Assembly: GCA_965224085.1 (NCBI GenBank)
Contig: CBDCYI010000009.1
Span: 736,001-800,000 of the forward strand
DNA length: 64,000 nt
Direction of reading: 5' to 3'
From: Candidatus Marinacidobacterales bacterium
GTDB taxonomy: Bacteria; Acidobacteriota; Vicinamibacteria; Marinacidobacterales; SMYC01
Below the pieces are notes generated by a model, which saw nothing but the letters and a program-made list of their open reading frames with translations, was not told the origin of the DNA and ran no database searches. This document shows positions 29,734 through 40,071 of this stretch, in pieces. Numbering within the stretch: position 1 is the stretch's first letter; each line of letters opens with the position of its first letter. The position numbers and the translations under genes were made by a program.

Positions 29734-32163
29734 ATGACTGTCGCTTCCCGCGTCATTCTGCTCACGCTAATTTCGGCCTGCTTCGCCTTCCCTCAAACGA
29801 AGGAAGTGACCTTGGAGCAGATCATGGCGCACCCTGACTGGCTCGGCCGCCAGCCGCAGAACCCTTACTGGGCCGATGATGGAGGGTCGATCTACTTCGA
29901 GCGCAAGGTGGAAGGCTCCGAGCAACGCCTGCTGTATCAGGTCGGGATCGACGGCACCGGACTTCGTGAGCTCAACGAGGAGGAGAAAGGCACGGCCGAC
30001 TATCCTGGCGGCGACTTCAGCTCCGATCGAAAGCAGAAAGTCTATGCACGCAACGGCGATATTTTCGTCCGCGACGTCGCGACCGGACACGTGCGCCAGC
30101 TCACCCGGACACAAGCTCGCGAGTCCGAGCCCCACTTCACGCCCGGAGATGACCGCGTGAAGTTCTACCGAGGACAGAGCGTTTTCGTACGGGAGCTCTC
30201 GAGCGGGCTCGAGTACCAACCGGCCGTGATCGAGTTCGAAAAGGACCCGGCTGAAGAAGAGGACGAGGACTATCTTCGGGACCAGCAGCGGCGTCTCGTC
30301 GAATATGTCCGCGAACAGAAGAGGAAGAAGGACGCCGAGCGTGAGCGCGACGAAAAAGCGCGCGCGGCCGATCCCTCGCGGGTGCCCCATCCGTTCTACG
30401 TGGGCGACGATGTCGCGCTCAAGGCGTCGAGTTTGTCACCGACGGGCCGGTGGATGCTTCTACTGCTCTTGCCGGAAGAACGCGACGAAGGCGAGCACGA
30501 TGTGATGCCCAACTATGTGAGCGACGACGGCTACGTCGATCCAAAAGAGGTGCGGACCCTCGTAGGGACAGGCACACCGGCGACGGACCGCGTCGTTCTG
30601 CTCGACCTCGACAAACATGAGCTTCGAGACGTTTCGCTTGCATCTCTTCCCGGGATTACCGACGACCCGCTCGCCTGGCTTCGGCCCGACGACGAAGAAG
30701 ACGAGGAAGACGATGAGAATGACGAGGACGAAACGGAGGACGATGGTAAAGAGCCCGAACCGCGCGCGGTCTATGTTGGCTCGAGCGGCTTGGGGAGCGG
30801 CGGCAATGCCGGCATCGTGTGGAGCCACGACGGCGAGCGACTCGTCCTCCACGTCTTCTCCCACGATCACAAAGACCGCTGGATCGCTGAAGTCGACCTC
30901 GACACGGCCGAGCTCCGCCCGATCGCGCGCGTCAGCGACGAAGCGTGGATCAACTGGCGCTTGAACGAGATCGGTTTTCTCTCGAGCTCGACGTCGTTCT
31001 ACTACACTTCGGAAGAGAGCGGCTATTCACAGCTCTATCTCCATGCGCTCGATACCGGCACAAAGACACGGGTCACCCACGGAGACTTCGTGGTCGGAAA
31101 CGTCGTCGAGAGCCCCGACGGCCGTTATCTTTATTACACGGCCAACGCCGAGCACCCTGGGATCTACGAGACCTACCGCTACGACCTGCAGAACACCCGC
31201 ATCGAGACCGTCACCAAGCTCGGCGGACGGAGTGAGTTTCAGCTGTCTCCGGACGGCGCACGTGTTCTGCTCACACATTCCGAGACAACGATGCCGGCCG
31301 AGCTCTATGTGCAAGAGGTGAGCCCGGGCTCGAGCGCGACCCAAGTCACCGAGACGGTCTCGCCGCTTTTTGCGTCCTTTCCATGGGTCGAGCCGGAAGT
31401 CATCCCGATCCCGTCGACGCATCACGACCGCCCCATCTACTCATGGGTCTACACGCCTTCGGGAGGCGCGCGCGAGAAATCGCCTGCCGTCGTGTTCGTG
31501 CACGGCGCGGGCTATCTTCAAAACGCGCATCTCGGCTGGTCGGGCTACTTCCGGGAGTTCGTGTTTCACACGCTCTTGACACAAGAAGGCTATGTCGTCC
31601 TCGACATGGACTACCGGGCTTCCGCGGGCTATGGACGCGATTGGCGCACGGCTATTTATCGCAACATGGGAACGCCCGAGCTCGAGGACCTGGAGGACGG
31701 TGTGAGGTGGCTCGTGGAGCACAAGAACGTTGACCCGAAGCGCGTTGGCGTCTACGGTGGGTCGTATGGCGGGTTCATGACGTTCATGGCGCTCTTCAAA
31801 AAGCCCGATCTCTTTGCCTGCGGCGCGGCGCTCCGACCGGTCACCGATTGGGCGCATTACAACGACCCTTATACGTCTCGCATCCTCAACGCGCCCTATA
31901 ACGATCCGGAAGCCTATGAACGCAGCTCGCCGATCGAGTTCGCCGAAGGCTTGACGAAACCTCTTCTCATCGCTCACGGCATGGTCGACAACAACGTCTT
32001 CTTCAAGGACTCCGTCCGGCTCGTGCAGCGACTCATCGAGCTCGAGAAGACGGGCTGGGAAACGGCGATCTATCCCATCGAGCCGCATGGTTTTCGCGAG
32101 CCGTCGAGTTGACTAGACGAGTACCGGCGGATTTACAAGCTCTTCGACACGCATTTGAATTAG
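29734..32163 (+). CDS. S9 prolyl oligopeptidase/dipeptidyl peptidase with an in-frame TGA at 32110
   Basis: GGSYGG, DNNV, EPHGF triad. After the TGA the frame continues LDEYRRIYKLFDTHLN to TAG 32161-32163. Confidence 0.88.
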
Positions 32164-32171
32164 GAGGAGAT

Positions 32172-32807
32172 ATGGGAGGCAAACTCGCATCTGTCAATGT
32201 GGGCCGCCCGCGCGCGTTCGTGTACAAGGGTCGCGACGTTGAGAGCGCGATTTGGAAAACACCAGTCGAAGGGCGTGTCGCCGCCCGCGGCGTCAACCTC
32301 GAAGGCGACGACCAAGCCGATCGGACCGTGCACGGCGGCCCGGACAAAGCCGTTTACGCCTATGCGCTCGAGGATATTCGCCTCTGGCAGAGCGAGCTCG
32401 GCCGCCCGCTCGGGCCCGGCGCCTTTGGGGAGAACTTGACGACGGAGGGCGTCGACGTCACGGGCGCGGTGATTGGTGAGCGCTGGGAAGTGGGTACGGT
32501 ATGCCTTGAAGTTTCCGAGCCGCGAGCCCCGTGCTGGAAGCTCGCCGCGCGGATGGAAGACGACGCGTTCCTGCGGCGCTTCACCGAAACGGGACGACCG
32601 GGCGCCTATCTTCGCATCGTGCGTGAAGGCGAGCTCGGAGCCGGGGACGCCATCGAGGTGACGTCCCGTCCCGAGCATGGTATGACCGCGGGAGACGTCC
32701 TTCGCATCTATAGCCGCGATCGAGGCGAGGTCGCGAAGCTCGTCGACATCCCAGAGCTCGGGAAGAGTTGGCGGGAATGGGCCGAGAAGAAAGTGCAGAA
32801 GAGGTGA
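32172..32807 (+). CDS. MOSC domain protein (YiiM-like)
   Basis: SAIWK.PV, GDDQADRTVHGGPDKAVYAY, FGENLT, PRAPCWKL, GAYLRI. GGAGGAG RBS. Confidence 0.9.
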   Translation: MGGKLASVNVGRPRAFVYKGRDVESAIWKTPVEGRVAARGVNLEGDDQADRTVHGGPDKAVYAYALEDIRLWQSELGRPLGPGAFGENLTTEGVDVTGAVIGERWEVGTVCLEVSEPRAPCWKLAARMEDDAFLRRFTETGRPGAYLRIVREGELGAGDAIEVTSRPEHGMTAGDVLRIYSRDRGEVAKLVDIPELGKSWREWAEKKVQKR

Positions 32808-32810
32808 GAC

Positions 32811-34214
32811 ATGACGCTAAAAAGGCGTGCGTTTATCCGCCACCTGGCCGCTGGGATGGCCGTAACCGGCGCGGCGGCTTCGAAGCTGGCTTGTTCGACC
32901 GTCGCCGACAGCCCGTCCGAAACCCTCCTCGTCGACCGGCCGGGACAACCCGAGCCGGCGCCGATCGGTTATGACCGTTTGCCGCTCGATTGGCATCAAG
33001 CCCGCACCCGCGAGCTCAAGAATCGTGTGGGTGAGCGTGAGGTCGACGCCATCGTCCTCGGACAAGACCAGAACATGGTCTACTTCTCGGGATGTTTCCG
33101 CCGAAGCGGCGAGCGCTCGACGTGGCTGCTCTTTCCGGTCGAAGAGACCGATACCGCCTACTGGTACGCCCCGAGCATCGACCGTGACCTCATGCGCTCC
33201 TGGTGGTCGACGGAGATGGAGAACTACTTCTGCTACCCGCACGCCGAAGGCGGCTTTCCCTATCGGGGCGAGCTCGCGCGCGGCAACCGCGTCGATCTAT
33301 TCGCCTGGATGCTGCAGGGCCTCGGCCGACGCGGTCTCGGGGACAAGACGATTGGGATCGATTTCGAGCTCAGTGCTTCGAGACGGCAAACGGTAGAGAG
33401 TGTCCTTCCCGAAGCGCGCTTCGTCGAGATAGGCGATCTGTGTCTCGACATGCAAATCATCAAGACACCGGAAGAGCAAGCGCTCACCCAACGCGCCTAT
33501 CGCTACTTCGACAAAGTGCACGCGTTCTCACGCGACTACATCCTCGAGCGCGGCACCGAGGCCACGGATTTCGAAGTCGGCCAAGCGCTCCAAGCTTACG
33601 GCCTCGGCCTCATGATGAACGACGTCGAGCGCGACGGAAGACCGAACAGCGCCGTCGGCATGGAAGTGACGTCGCACTACGTGCGCGCGGGTGTTTCCAC
33701 GGCCTTCCCGCATCCGAACCAATTCTTCTACACGCGCATCCAAAAAGGCCAGCCCCTTTACGTGAACACCGATATCAAGCTCGGCGGCATGGGTGGTGAG
33801 GGCTACCGAAACTACCTCATCGAGCCGGTAGCACCTTATCAAGAGAAGATGTGGCAAGTCGTGATGGACTGCGCAGAAATCCTTCGCGAAGAGACCGTTC
33901 CCGGCAAGGCTTGCTCCGAGATCGCTTACAAAGTCCACGATTACCAGATCAAAAACGGCATGGCGGACTACATCTACCATCGTCCGTCGCACGGTCAAGG
34001 ACAGTTCTACTCGGGACATCAGCCGCCTTTCGTGGCACTCGGCGACGACTCCATCGTGGAACCTGGCATGATGTTCAGCGTCGAGCCCGGGCTCTATGAC
34101 GAAGAGCGCGGCATCGGTGTCAACCCGAGCGATATTCTTCTCGTCCTCGAAGACCGGAGCGTCTTCATGACCCGAGTTCCGTTCTCGAAGGAGTGGAGCT
34201 TTCTGACTTTGTGA
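32811..34214 (+). CDS. M24 (Xaa-Pro) peptidase family, Tat-exported
   Basis: KRRAFI Tat signal, IKTPEE, FPHP, HRPSHGQG, FSVEPGLY. Confidence 0.8.
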   Translation: MTLKRRAFIRHLAAGMAVTGAAASKLACSTVADSPSETLLVDRPGQPEPAPIGYDRLPLDWHQARTRELKNRVGEREVDAIVLGQDQNMVYFSGCFRRSGERSTWLLFPVEETDTAYWYAPSIDRDLMRSWWSTEMENYFCYPHAEGGFPYRGELARGNRVDLFAWMLQGLGRRGLGDKTIGIDFELSASRRQTVESVLPEARFVEIGDLCLDMQIIKTPEEQALTQRAYRYFDKVHAFSRDYILERGTEATDFEVGQALQAYGLGLMMNDVERDGRPNSAVGMEVTSHYVRAGVSTAFPHPNQFFYTRIQKGQPLYVNTDIKLGGMGGEGYRNYLIEPVAPYQEKMWQVVMDCAEILREETVPGKACSEIAYKVHDYQIKNGMADYIYHRPSHGQGQFYSGHQPPFVALGDDSIVEPGMMFSVEPGLYDEERGIGVNPSDILLVLEDRSVFMTRVPFSKEWSFLTL

Positions 34215-34215
34215 G

Positions 34216-34759
34216 GTGCGCGTGCGCTATCAATTTTTGATCGATACCTACGAGACTGAGATCCAGAAAGTCTTGAGCGCCTGGACGATGTTCGAGGATG
34301 AGGACTTGCCGAAACGCCCTCATCCTTCGGACACGCGCGGCCGCAGCGTGCTCGAGCACATGGTGCATCAGTCCATGAGCGAGAACCTGTGGTTCAAGAC
34401 GATGCTCGGGATCGACGTGACGGAGAACCCGGTGCCTTCGGAAGAAACGCGCCTCGGCTTTCTCAGAAACTATGCCGACCATGCGTCGAAGCGTCTAACG
34501 GCTTTACGTGACAAACCGGAGGCGTGGTGGGAAGAGGTGGTCGATTTCTTCGAGGTCAAGCGCTCCCGCGCCTGGATCATGACGCGTCGCATCGCCCATA
34601 CGTCCCATCACCGGGGCCAACAGACCGCGATCGTGCGCATGCTCGGGCGCGATCTGCACAGTACCTACGGCCCTACGGCGGATACGGGCGGGCTCATGCA
34701 GAACAACGCGCCCGTCATCTACGCCTATCTCGACGTGGCGACGCTTCTGGACGAAGAGG
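34216..34759 (+). pseudogene. DinB family protein, C-terminus cut by IS
   Basis: EHMVHQ...RRIAHTSHHRGQ...STYGPTADTGG. The frame enters the IS TIR. Confidence 0.78.
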
Positions 34760-35847
34760 GGCGTTGTTGCACGGCCCGGAGCAAATCGCTGACCTCCCTG
34801 TGCCGGTCGGAGAGTCACCCGGCGCAGTAAGTATCGGGCATACCGAGCGCGGTCATCTTGTTGAGTATCTCGCACCCAAGTCGGTGTTCAACTCGTTGCC
34901 TCGCCAACGTTCGAGCCCGCATCTCGGGCCCCATGATCGCCTTGTAACGATAGACCGCGTTCTCCACCATGCTTCGCTCGGTGCAGCCTGAGAGCTTGTA
35001 CCATTCACGTCGGCCGTGTCTTTCGATTGCACGAATATGGCGGTCGCGTTCCCGCATTGCGGTGTTCGAATTCTGACTGAGCGTGGCGTTTCGTTGCGGC
35101 GGAATCACCACGCGCGTCCTTCGTTCAGGGCTGTGCGCTTCGATGGCTTCGTAGACCGCTTCCTTGTCGTATGCACTGTCCGCCGCCACCGACGCTATAG
35201 GTGCTTGAATCTGTGTTAGCAAAGGGGGGACTCGCGTTGCGTCGCGAGCTCGTGACACCGTCAGTTCGGACGCAACAATGTTGCCGGTCTTGCGATCAAC
35301 GGCGATGTGCAACTTGCGCCAGGCGCGCTGCTTTGGCGGTTTGCGGGTGGTTCCAACATGAATCCTCAAGCCCGTGCTATCGATCATCAGGTGGATTGGT
35401 TGATTGCTTGCGGCTTTCCGAATCCGCAGCTTCTTGCGGAGCAGCCTCGACCGCCGACACAACGTCGAGTGGTCCGGGATCTCGATACACAGCCGGAGAA
35501 GCGAGGCGATCGAGTGCAAGAAGCCTTCGGTTTGGCGGTAGGCAAGCTTGTACACCATCCGGACAACCAGGCCCGTTTCAATCGCCATCTCTGAATAGAC
35601 CCGTTGACCGCCAGGCTTACCGCTCTTGTCGGCCTTCCAGTTCGCGATTGCCTCCTCGTCAAACCAGACCGTCAAATCGCCCCGGCGGCGCAGCCCTTCG
35701 TTGTATTCCGCCCAGTTGGAAACGTGGTACTTCTTCTGTTTCGCGTGTTTGTACTGGCTGCGCTTGGGATACTTCATGGTCGAACATTACCTCGGCCACC
35801 ACCATAGTGTAGATTTCGCGCTCAGCCAAGAGCGGTGCAACAACGCC
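34760..35847 (-). mobile_element. IS5 family (IS903 group), copy 2, transposase 34815..35777
   Basis: Same TIRs and a near-identical 320-aa transposase. Confidence 0.95.
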
Positions 35848-36262
35848 CCTCGACGGCGCGACGGGCTACGCTTACGGCTCGGAGCTTCTAAGAACTTCTA
35901 TCTACTTCGAGCCGACCCGCGCGACGGCGCCCTTTTTCCATGTAACGGATTCCCGCGACCAGACGCATCGTGTGTCGAAGCGTTTCGACTATTACGACTC
36001 GACGCTTCGCGGGCCCTCGATGTTCCTCACGGTCGAAGACGCGGCCCACGCGGAGCTCGTGTCGCTTACCGGCGTCGTGCCGCACGCCCTACTCCCGAAC
36101 GCGAGCTCACCAGATGTTCGCAGACGCTACGCGCTCGTATGCCGCTATGTGGAGAGCTTTTTGAGCGACACCATGAAAGGGGACAGCGACGCCGCGGATT
36201 TTTTGGACGTCACACCGTCGCGGCACGGCTTCGACGGTTTGATCTTGTCGCGGCGGCGGTAA
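35848..36262 (+). pseudogene. 3' fragment of a hypothetical (probably hydrolase-like) gene
   Basis: Coding-like sequence ending ...RYVESFLSDTMKGD...LILSRRR*. Its 5' end is replaced by the IS. Confidence 0.4.
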
Positions 36263-36760
36263 CTACATGTCTTCGTCCGCGCTCGGACCGTAGAGAGCAG
36301 GAAGCGGGACGTCGTTCTCGCGCAAATAGACGCCCAGCTGTCCGCGGTGGTGGATGAGGTGGCTCAAGATGAAGCTGCGCAAACAGACGGCACGAGCCAT
36401 GTCTAAGGTCACGTGGTCGCCTTGTTTCAGCTTCCAATTCTTGAAAAGATGCTCGTCGGATTGTCCGCCTAGAACCTCTTTGAACGCCTCGACATTCTTG
36501 TCGAAATAGTCGAGGATGTCCTTCTTGCTCGACAACTCCTTCGGCTGGTAATCGGCCGCGACCATGTCGAAGACCTCGTCGTTGACGATCGTCGCTGCCC
36601 ATTCCGGGATCTCGGCAAGGTGTCCTCCGAGCCGCCCCATAGTCATGGACTTCTCGTGGGGCTTCCACGAAAGCTTGTCTTCGGGAATCCGCTCCAACAT
36701 CTTCCTCGTACCCACGGATTCATGAGTGAACTCGCCGATCATCGCTTCTGCGATACTCAT
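36263..36760 (-). CDS. DinB family protein
   Basis: TRKMLERIPEDKLSWKPHEKSM...HLAEIP...HLIHHRGQLGVYLR...PALYGPSADE. GGAGGAG RBS. Confidence 0.9.
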   Translation of the reverse strand: MSIAEAMIGEFTHESVGTRKMLERIPEDKLSWKPHEKSMTMGRLGGHLAEIPEWAATIVNDEVFDMVAADYQPKELSSKKDILDYFDKNVEAFKEVLGGQSDEHLFKNWKLKQGDHVTLDMARAVCLRSFILSHLIHHRGQLGVYLRENDVPLPALYGPSADEDM

Positions 36761-37578
36761 CTGTCTCCTCCTTCGAAGTCGGTTGATTCTAGCCATCGAC
36801 CCCGTCGCGCGCCAGTGCCCTTGATCCTTGATGTTGATGCGAGGTTCGGATAGACCTCGTCGACGCCGACGAGACGCCAGCGTCCCTGCACGCGCGCGAG
36901 CGCACAGCTGAGGTTCCACCCCACACGAAGCGACTTCGTCGCCGCCTCCGGCGCGAGAAGTGGGCCGATAACCTCAGGCTCGGAGTTTCGATAAACGCAA
37001 AGCCAAAACCGGCCAGGCCCGATTCGCGTGATGGGGTGATCGTCCGTGTCGATATAGTCCCGATCGGTGAAAAATAGCGGGTCCACTCGGACAGCGCTCT
37101 GAGCGAGAAGCCGCGCTGCCGTCCGGGCCCGGCGCCCGAGCTTGCTGCGCTCGCGAGCCAATGCCTTGGAAGCCTCTACCTCGCCGCGGCTCACATAGCC
37201 TCGCTCGACGAGCCAGAGGCGCAGGTCGTCCACGACGTACGAAGCCTTCTCCTCGATACGCTCCGAGGTGTAGACGTCCCGTCGGACGTAGACTTCAGCG
37301 AAGAAGTCGAGCTCCGGGAGAAGCTTTTCCGGCCCGAAGACTTCGAAAAAGTGCCGCTCGCAGCCGGGCGCGCGATAGTGCTGCTCGCACAGAGCACGCT
37401 CGTCTTCGGGCAAGTTCCGGTGACCGTAATTGTTGATGCAAAGCTCGAGGAAAAAGAGGATCCGCCGGTAGGTGGAGACCTCGCGTTGCTCGAGCGTCGC
37501 GGCACGCGTCTCGAGGTACTCCGAAAGCGCCTGTCGAATGGTCGGTGGGGGAACGGGGGCGGTGTAACGAGAGCTCAT
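36757..37578 (-). CDS. Conserved-looking hypothetical protein
   Basis: 273-aa ORF with AGGAG RBS and an ATGA overlap with the dinB gene. Confidence 0.75.
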   Translation of the reverse strand: MSSRYTAPVPPPTIRQALSEYLETRAATLEQREVSTYRRILFFLELCINNYGHRNLPEDERALCEQHYRAPGCERHFFEVFGPEKLLPELDFFAEVYVRRDVYTSERIEEKASYVVDDLRLWLVERGYVSRGEVEASKALARERSKLGRRARTAARLLAQSAVRVDPLFFTDRDYIDTDDHPITRIGPGRFWLCVYRNSEPEVIGPLLAPEAATKSLRVGWNLSCALARVQGRWRLVGVDEVYPNLASTSRIKGTGARRGRWLESTDFEGGDR

Positions 37579-37708
37579 GGCAATCTCCTGCGAAACGCCC
37601 TTACACCCGATTCTGTTAGACGGTCAAAGCGCAGAAATTCCACACGAGTGAAAAAGAAAGTTTGGTCGCTCTTGCCGCTGATCGGGTGGTCTAGAATAGG
37701 CTCCGTCT

Positions 37709-38347
37709 ATGGCCAACCAAACTCACCGGCTCGTCGTGCCCCGCGCGGCGCGCTACGTCACGGCCGGCTCGATCGACGGACCGCTCGACGACGTCTGGGT
37801 CCTGTGCCACGGCTACGGCCAGCTCGCATCGGAGTTTCTCGGACTCGCCCGCGCCCTCGAGCATCCAAGACGCTTGCTCGTGGCGCCCGAGGCCCTGTCC
37901 CGCTTCTATCACGAAGATCACAAGAGAATCGGGGCCTCATGGATGACCCGCGAAGATCGGGACACCGAGATGGAGGACTACGTCCGCTATCTGGATCTGC
38001 TGCACGACCAACTATTCGAGATCGTCGAGCGCGACCGCCTGAAGCTTCGGCTGCTCGGCTATTCTCAAGGGGCCGCCACCGCCGCGCGATGGGCGGTACG
38101 CGGCCGGGCGAAGATCGACCACCTCGTGCTTTGGGGCTCTCCCCTACCGCCGGAGCTGGGTGACGAAGCCGCGCTTCGCGAAATACACCTGACGCTCGTC
38201 GGAGGGTCGAGGGACGAGTTTTTTACAGAGAAAGTCTGGGCGGATGAGCGCACGCGCCTGCGTGCGCTCGGCCTCGTTTTCGACGAGCTGAGCTTCGAAG
38301 GCGGCCACCGTTTGGACGATGACACGTTGCGCGCGCTCGCAGGCTGA
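37709..38347 (+). CDS. Phospholipase/carboxylesterase (alpha/beta hydrolase)
   Basis: CHGYGQLA, GASWMTREDR, GYSQG, FEGGH. Confidence 0.85.
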   Translation: MANQTHRLVVPRAARYVTAGSIDGPLDDVWVLCHGYGQLASEFLGLARALEHPRRLLVAPEALSRFYHEDHKRIGASWMTREDRDTEMEDYVRYLDLLHDQLFEIVERDRLKLRLLGYSQGAATAARWAVRGRAKIDHLVLWGSPLPPELGDEAALREIHLTLVGGSRDEFFTEKVWADERTRLRALGLVFDELSFEGGHRLDDDTLRALAG

Positions 38348-38350
38348 GGC

Positions 38351-39184
38351 ATGCTTAGGGCCTTGCAACCTCCACTCATCAGCGTCGACGAAGTCTTGAA
38401 GCTACCCAATCCGGCTCCCGATGCGCGGATCCCCTATGGCAGCGACCCGCTGCAGTTCGGGGATCTGAGGCTTCCCGAAACCCAAGGGCCTCACGCCGTC
38501 GTCGTCATCATTCATGGCGGCTGCTGGCGCGCACAATACACCATCGACCACATTGGAAGCTTCAGCGACGCACTGACCCAGGACGGCCTCGCGACGTGGA
38601 CGATCGAGTATCGCCGGGTCGGCAACCCTGGCGGCGGTTGGCCTGGAACGTTCCAGGACATAGGTGCGGCAGTCGACCATCTACGCCAGCTTCGCGAGGA
38701 GCACCCGCTCGATCTCGGCCGCGTCGTCGTCGCCGGCCACTCCGCCGGCGGACAACTGGCGCTTTGGGCGGGAGCGCGCAGAAAGCTCACGGACGCGACG
38801 ATTCGAGGCACGAAACCGCTCGCACCCCAAGGCGTCGTCTCGTTGGCGGGGGTCGACAACCTTCGTCGCGCAATCGACGAAGGCGTCTGCGACAAGATGG
38901 CGGCCGAGCTTCTCGGAGGCACCTCGGAGGAGGTTCCCGAGCGCTACGCCGTCGCCTCACCCATCGAGCTCTTGCCGCTCGGCGTTCGGCAACATCTCAT
39001 CAACGGCGCCCGCGATCCCATCGTGCCCGAAGCTTTCGGGCGCGCCTATAGCGAAGCCGCACGCGAAGCCGGCGATGAGGCGGCGCTGACCGTCATCCCG
39101 GACGCGGGACATTTCGAGCTCATCGCACCCTCGACGGCGGCGTGGCAGCGAGTGAAGAACGCCATCTGGAAGATCCTCGAATGA
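38351..39184 (+). CDS. Alpha/beta hydrolase (esterase/lipase)
   Basis: IHGGCW, EYRRVG, GHSAGG, DPIVP, AGHF. Confidence 0.88.
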   Translation: MLRALQPPLISVDEVLKLPNPAPDARIPYGSDPLQFGDLRLPETQGPHAVVVIIHGGCWRAQYTIDHIGSFSDALTQDGLATWTIEYRRVGNPGGGWPGTFQDIGAAVDHLRQLREEHPLDLGRVVVAGHSAGGQLALWAGARRKLTDATIRGTKPLAPQGVVSLAGVDNLRRAIDEGVCDKMAAELLGGTSEEVPERYAVASPIELLPLGVRQHLINGARDPIVPEAFGRAYSEAAREAGDEAALTVIPDAGHFELIAPSTAAWQRVKNAIWKILE

Positions 39185-40053
39185 CTTGGCTCGAGCGCGC
39201 GTCGCAGATTCTCGACTTCACGTTGTTTCAGCTAGGCGGCAACCCCATCACTGTGCTGCACGTCGTGATGTTCTGCATCGCGCTCGTCGCCACGCACTTC
39301 CTCGCCCGTTTCGTCAGAAAGGTCTTGCACCGCTACCTTCTCAAAGAGCTCGACGACGCGCCACGCTACGTCATCGTCCGCTTTACCCAATATCTCGTTT
39401 GGGTCGTCGGCATCGCGATAGCACTCGAGCTTCTCAACGTTGACTTGACCGCTCTCACCGTTGTCGCGGGCGCACTCGGCATCGGTATCGGTTTCGGCCT
39501 GCAAAACGTCGTCAACAACCTCGTCTCCGGTATCGTGCTGCTACTCGAACAGCCGGTACGCTACCGCGATCGCGTCACGGTGGAGAATATCGAAGGACAA
39601 GTCGAGCGCATCAACTTTCGCGCCACCACCATTCTGACCAATGACAACATCTCCATCATCGTGCCCAACTCGCAGTTCGTGAATCAAACCGTCGTGAACT
39701 GGTCGCATGGCGATCCGCGCATCCGCGTCCACGTTCCCGTGGGAGTGGCTTATGGCTCGGATGTCGAGCTCGTAACCCAAATCCTGCTCGACGTGACGCG
39801 CGGGGCCAAGGGTGTGTTGGACCGTCCCGAGCCCGAAGTTCGCTTTCTCGAGTTCGGCGATTCGTCGCTGAACTTCGAGCTTCTCGTCTGGTCCGACGAG
39901 CCGCCGAACTATCATCGACTGCGAAGCCAATTGAACTACGCGATCGACAAGGCTTTTCGCGAGCACGACATCGAGATCCCTTTCCCCCAACGGGACGTCC
40001 ATCTCAAAACGCCCGCGGAGGAGGAGATCGTGAAAGTCTTCCGCGAAAGCTAG
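39181..40053 (+). CDS. mscS: Small-conductance mechanosensitive channel
   Basis: GALGIGIGFGLQNVVNNLVSG, IIVPNS, VGVAYGSD, EIPFPQRD. Confidence 0.9.
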   Translation: MTWLERASQILDFTLFQLGGNPITVLHVVMFCIALVATHFLARFVRKVLHRYLLKELDDAPRYVIVRFTQYLVWVVGIAIALELLNVDLTALTVVAGALGIGIGFGLQNVVNNLVSGIVLLLEQPVRYRDRVTVENIEGQVERINFRATTILTNDNISIIVPNSQFVNQTVVNWSHGDPRIRVHVPVGVAYGSDVELVTQILLDVTRGAKGVLDRPEPEVRFLEFGDSSLNFELLVWSDEPPNYHRLRSQLNYAIDKAFREHDIEIPFPQRDVHLKTPAEEEIVKVFRES

Positions 40054-40071
40054 TGCGCCTGTATCAGGACA

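Noticed and set aside
30690-30750. Acidic low-complexity tracts (S9 peptidase; also TonB 54580-54620)
   Set aside because: Ordinary flexible linkers for these families.
32110-32112. Genome-wide TGA recoding (Trp or Sec)
   Set aside because: Many intact genes here end in TGA, some with ATGA overlaps, and Trp is encoded by TGG. The position is not a Cys site.
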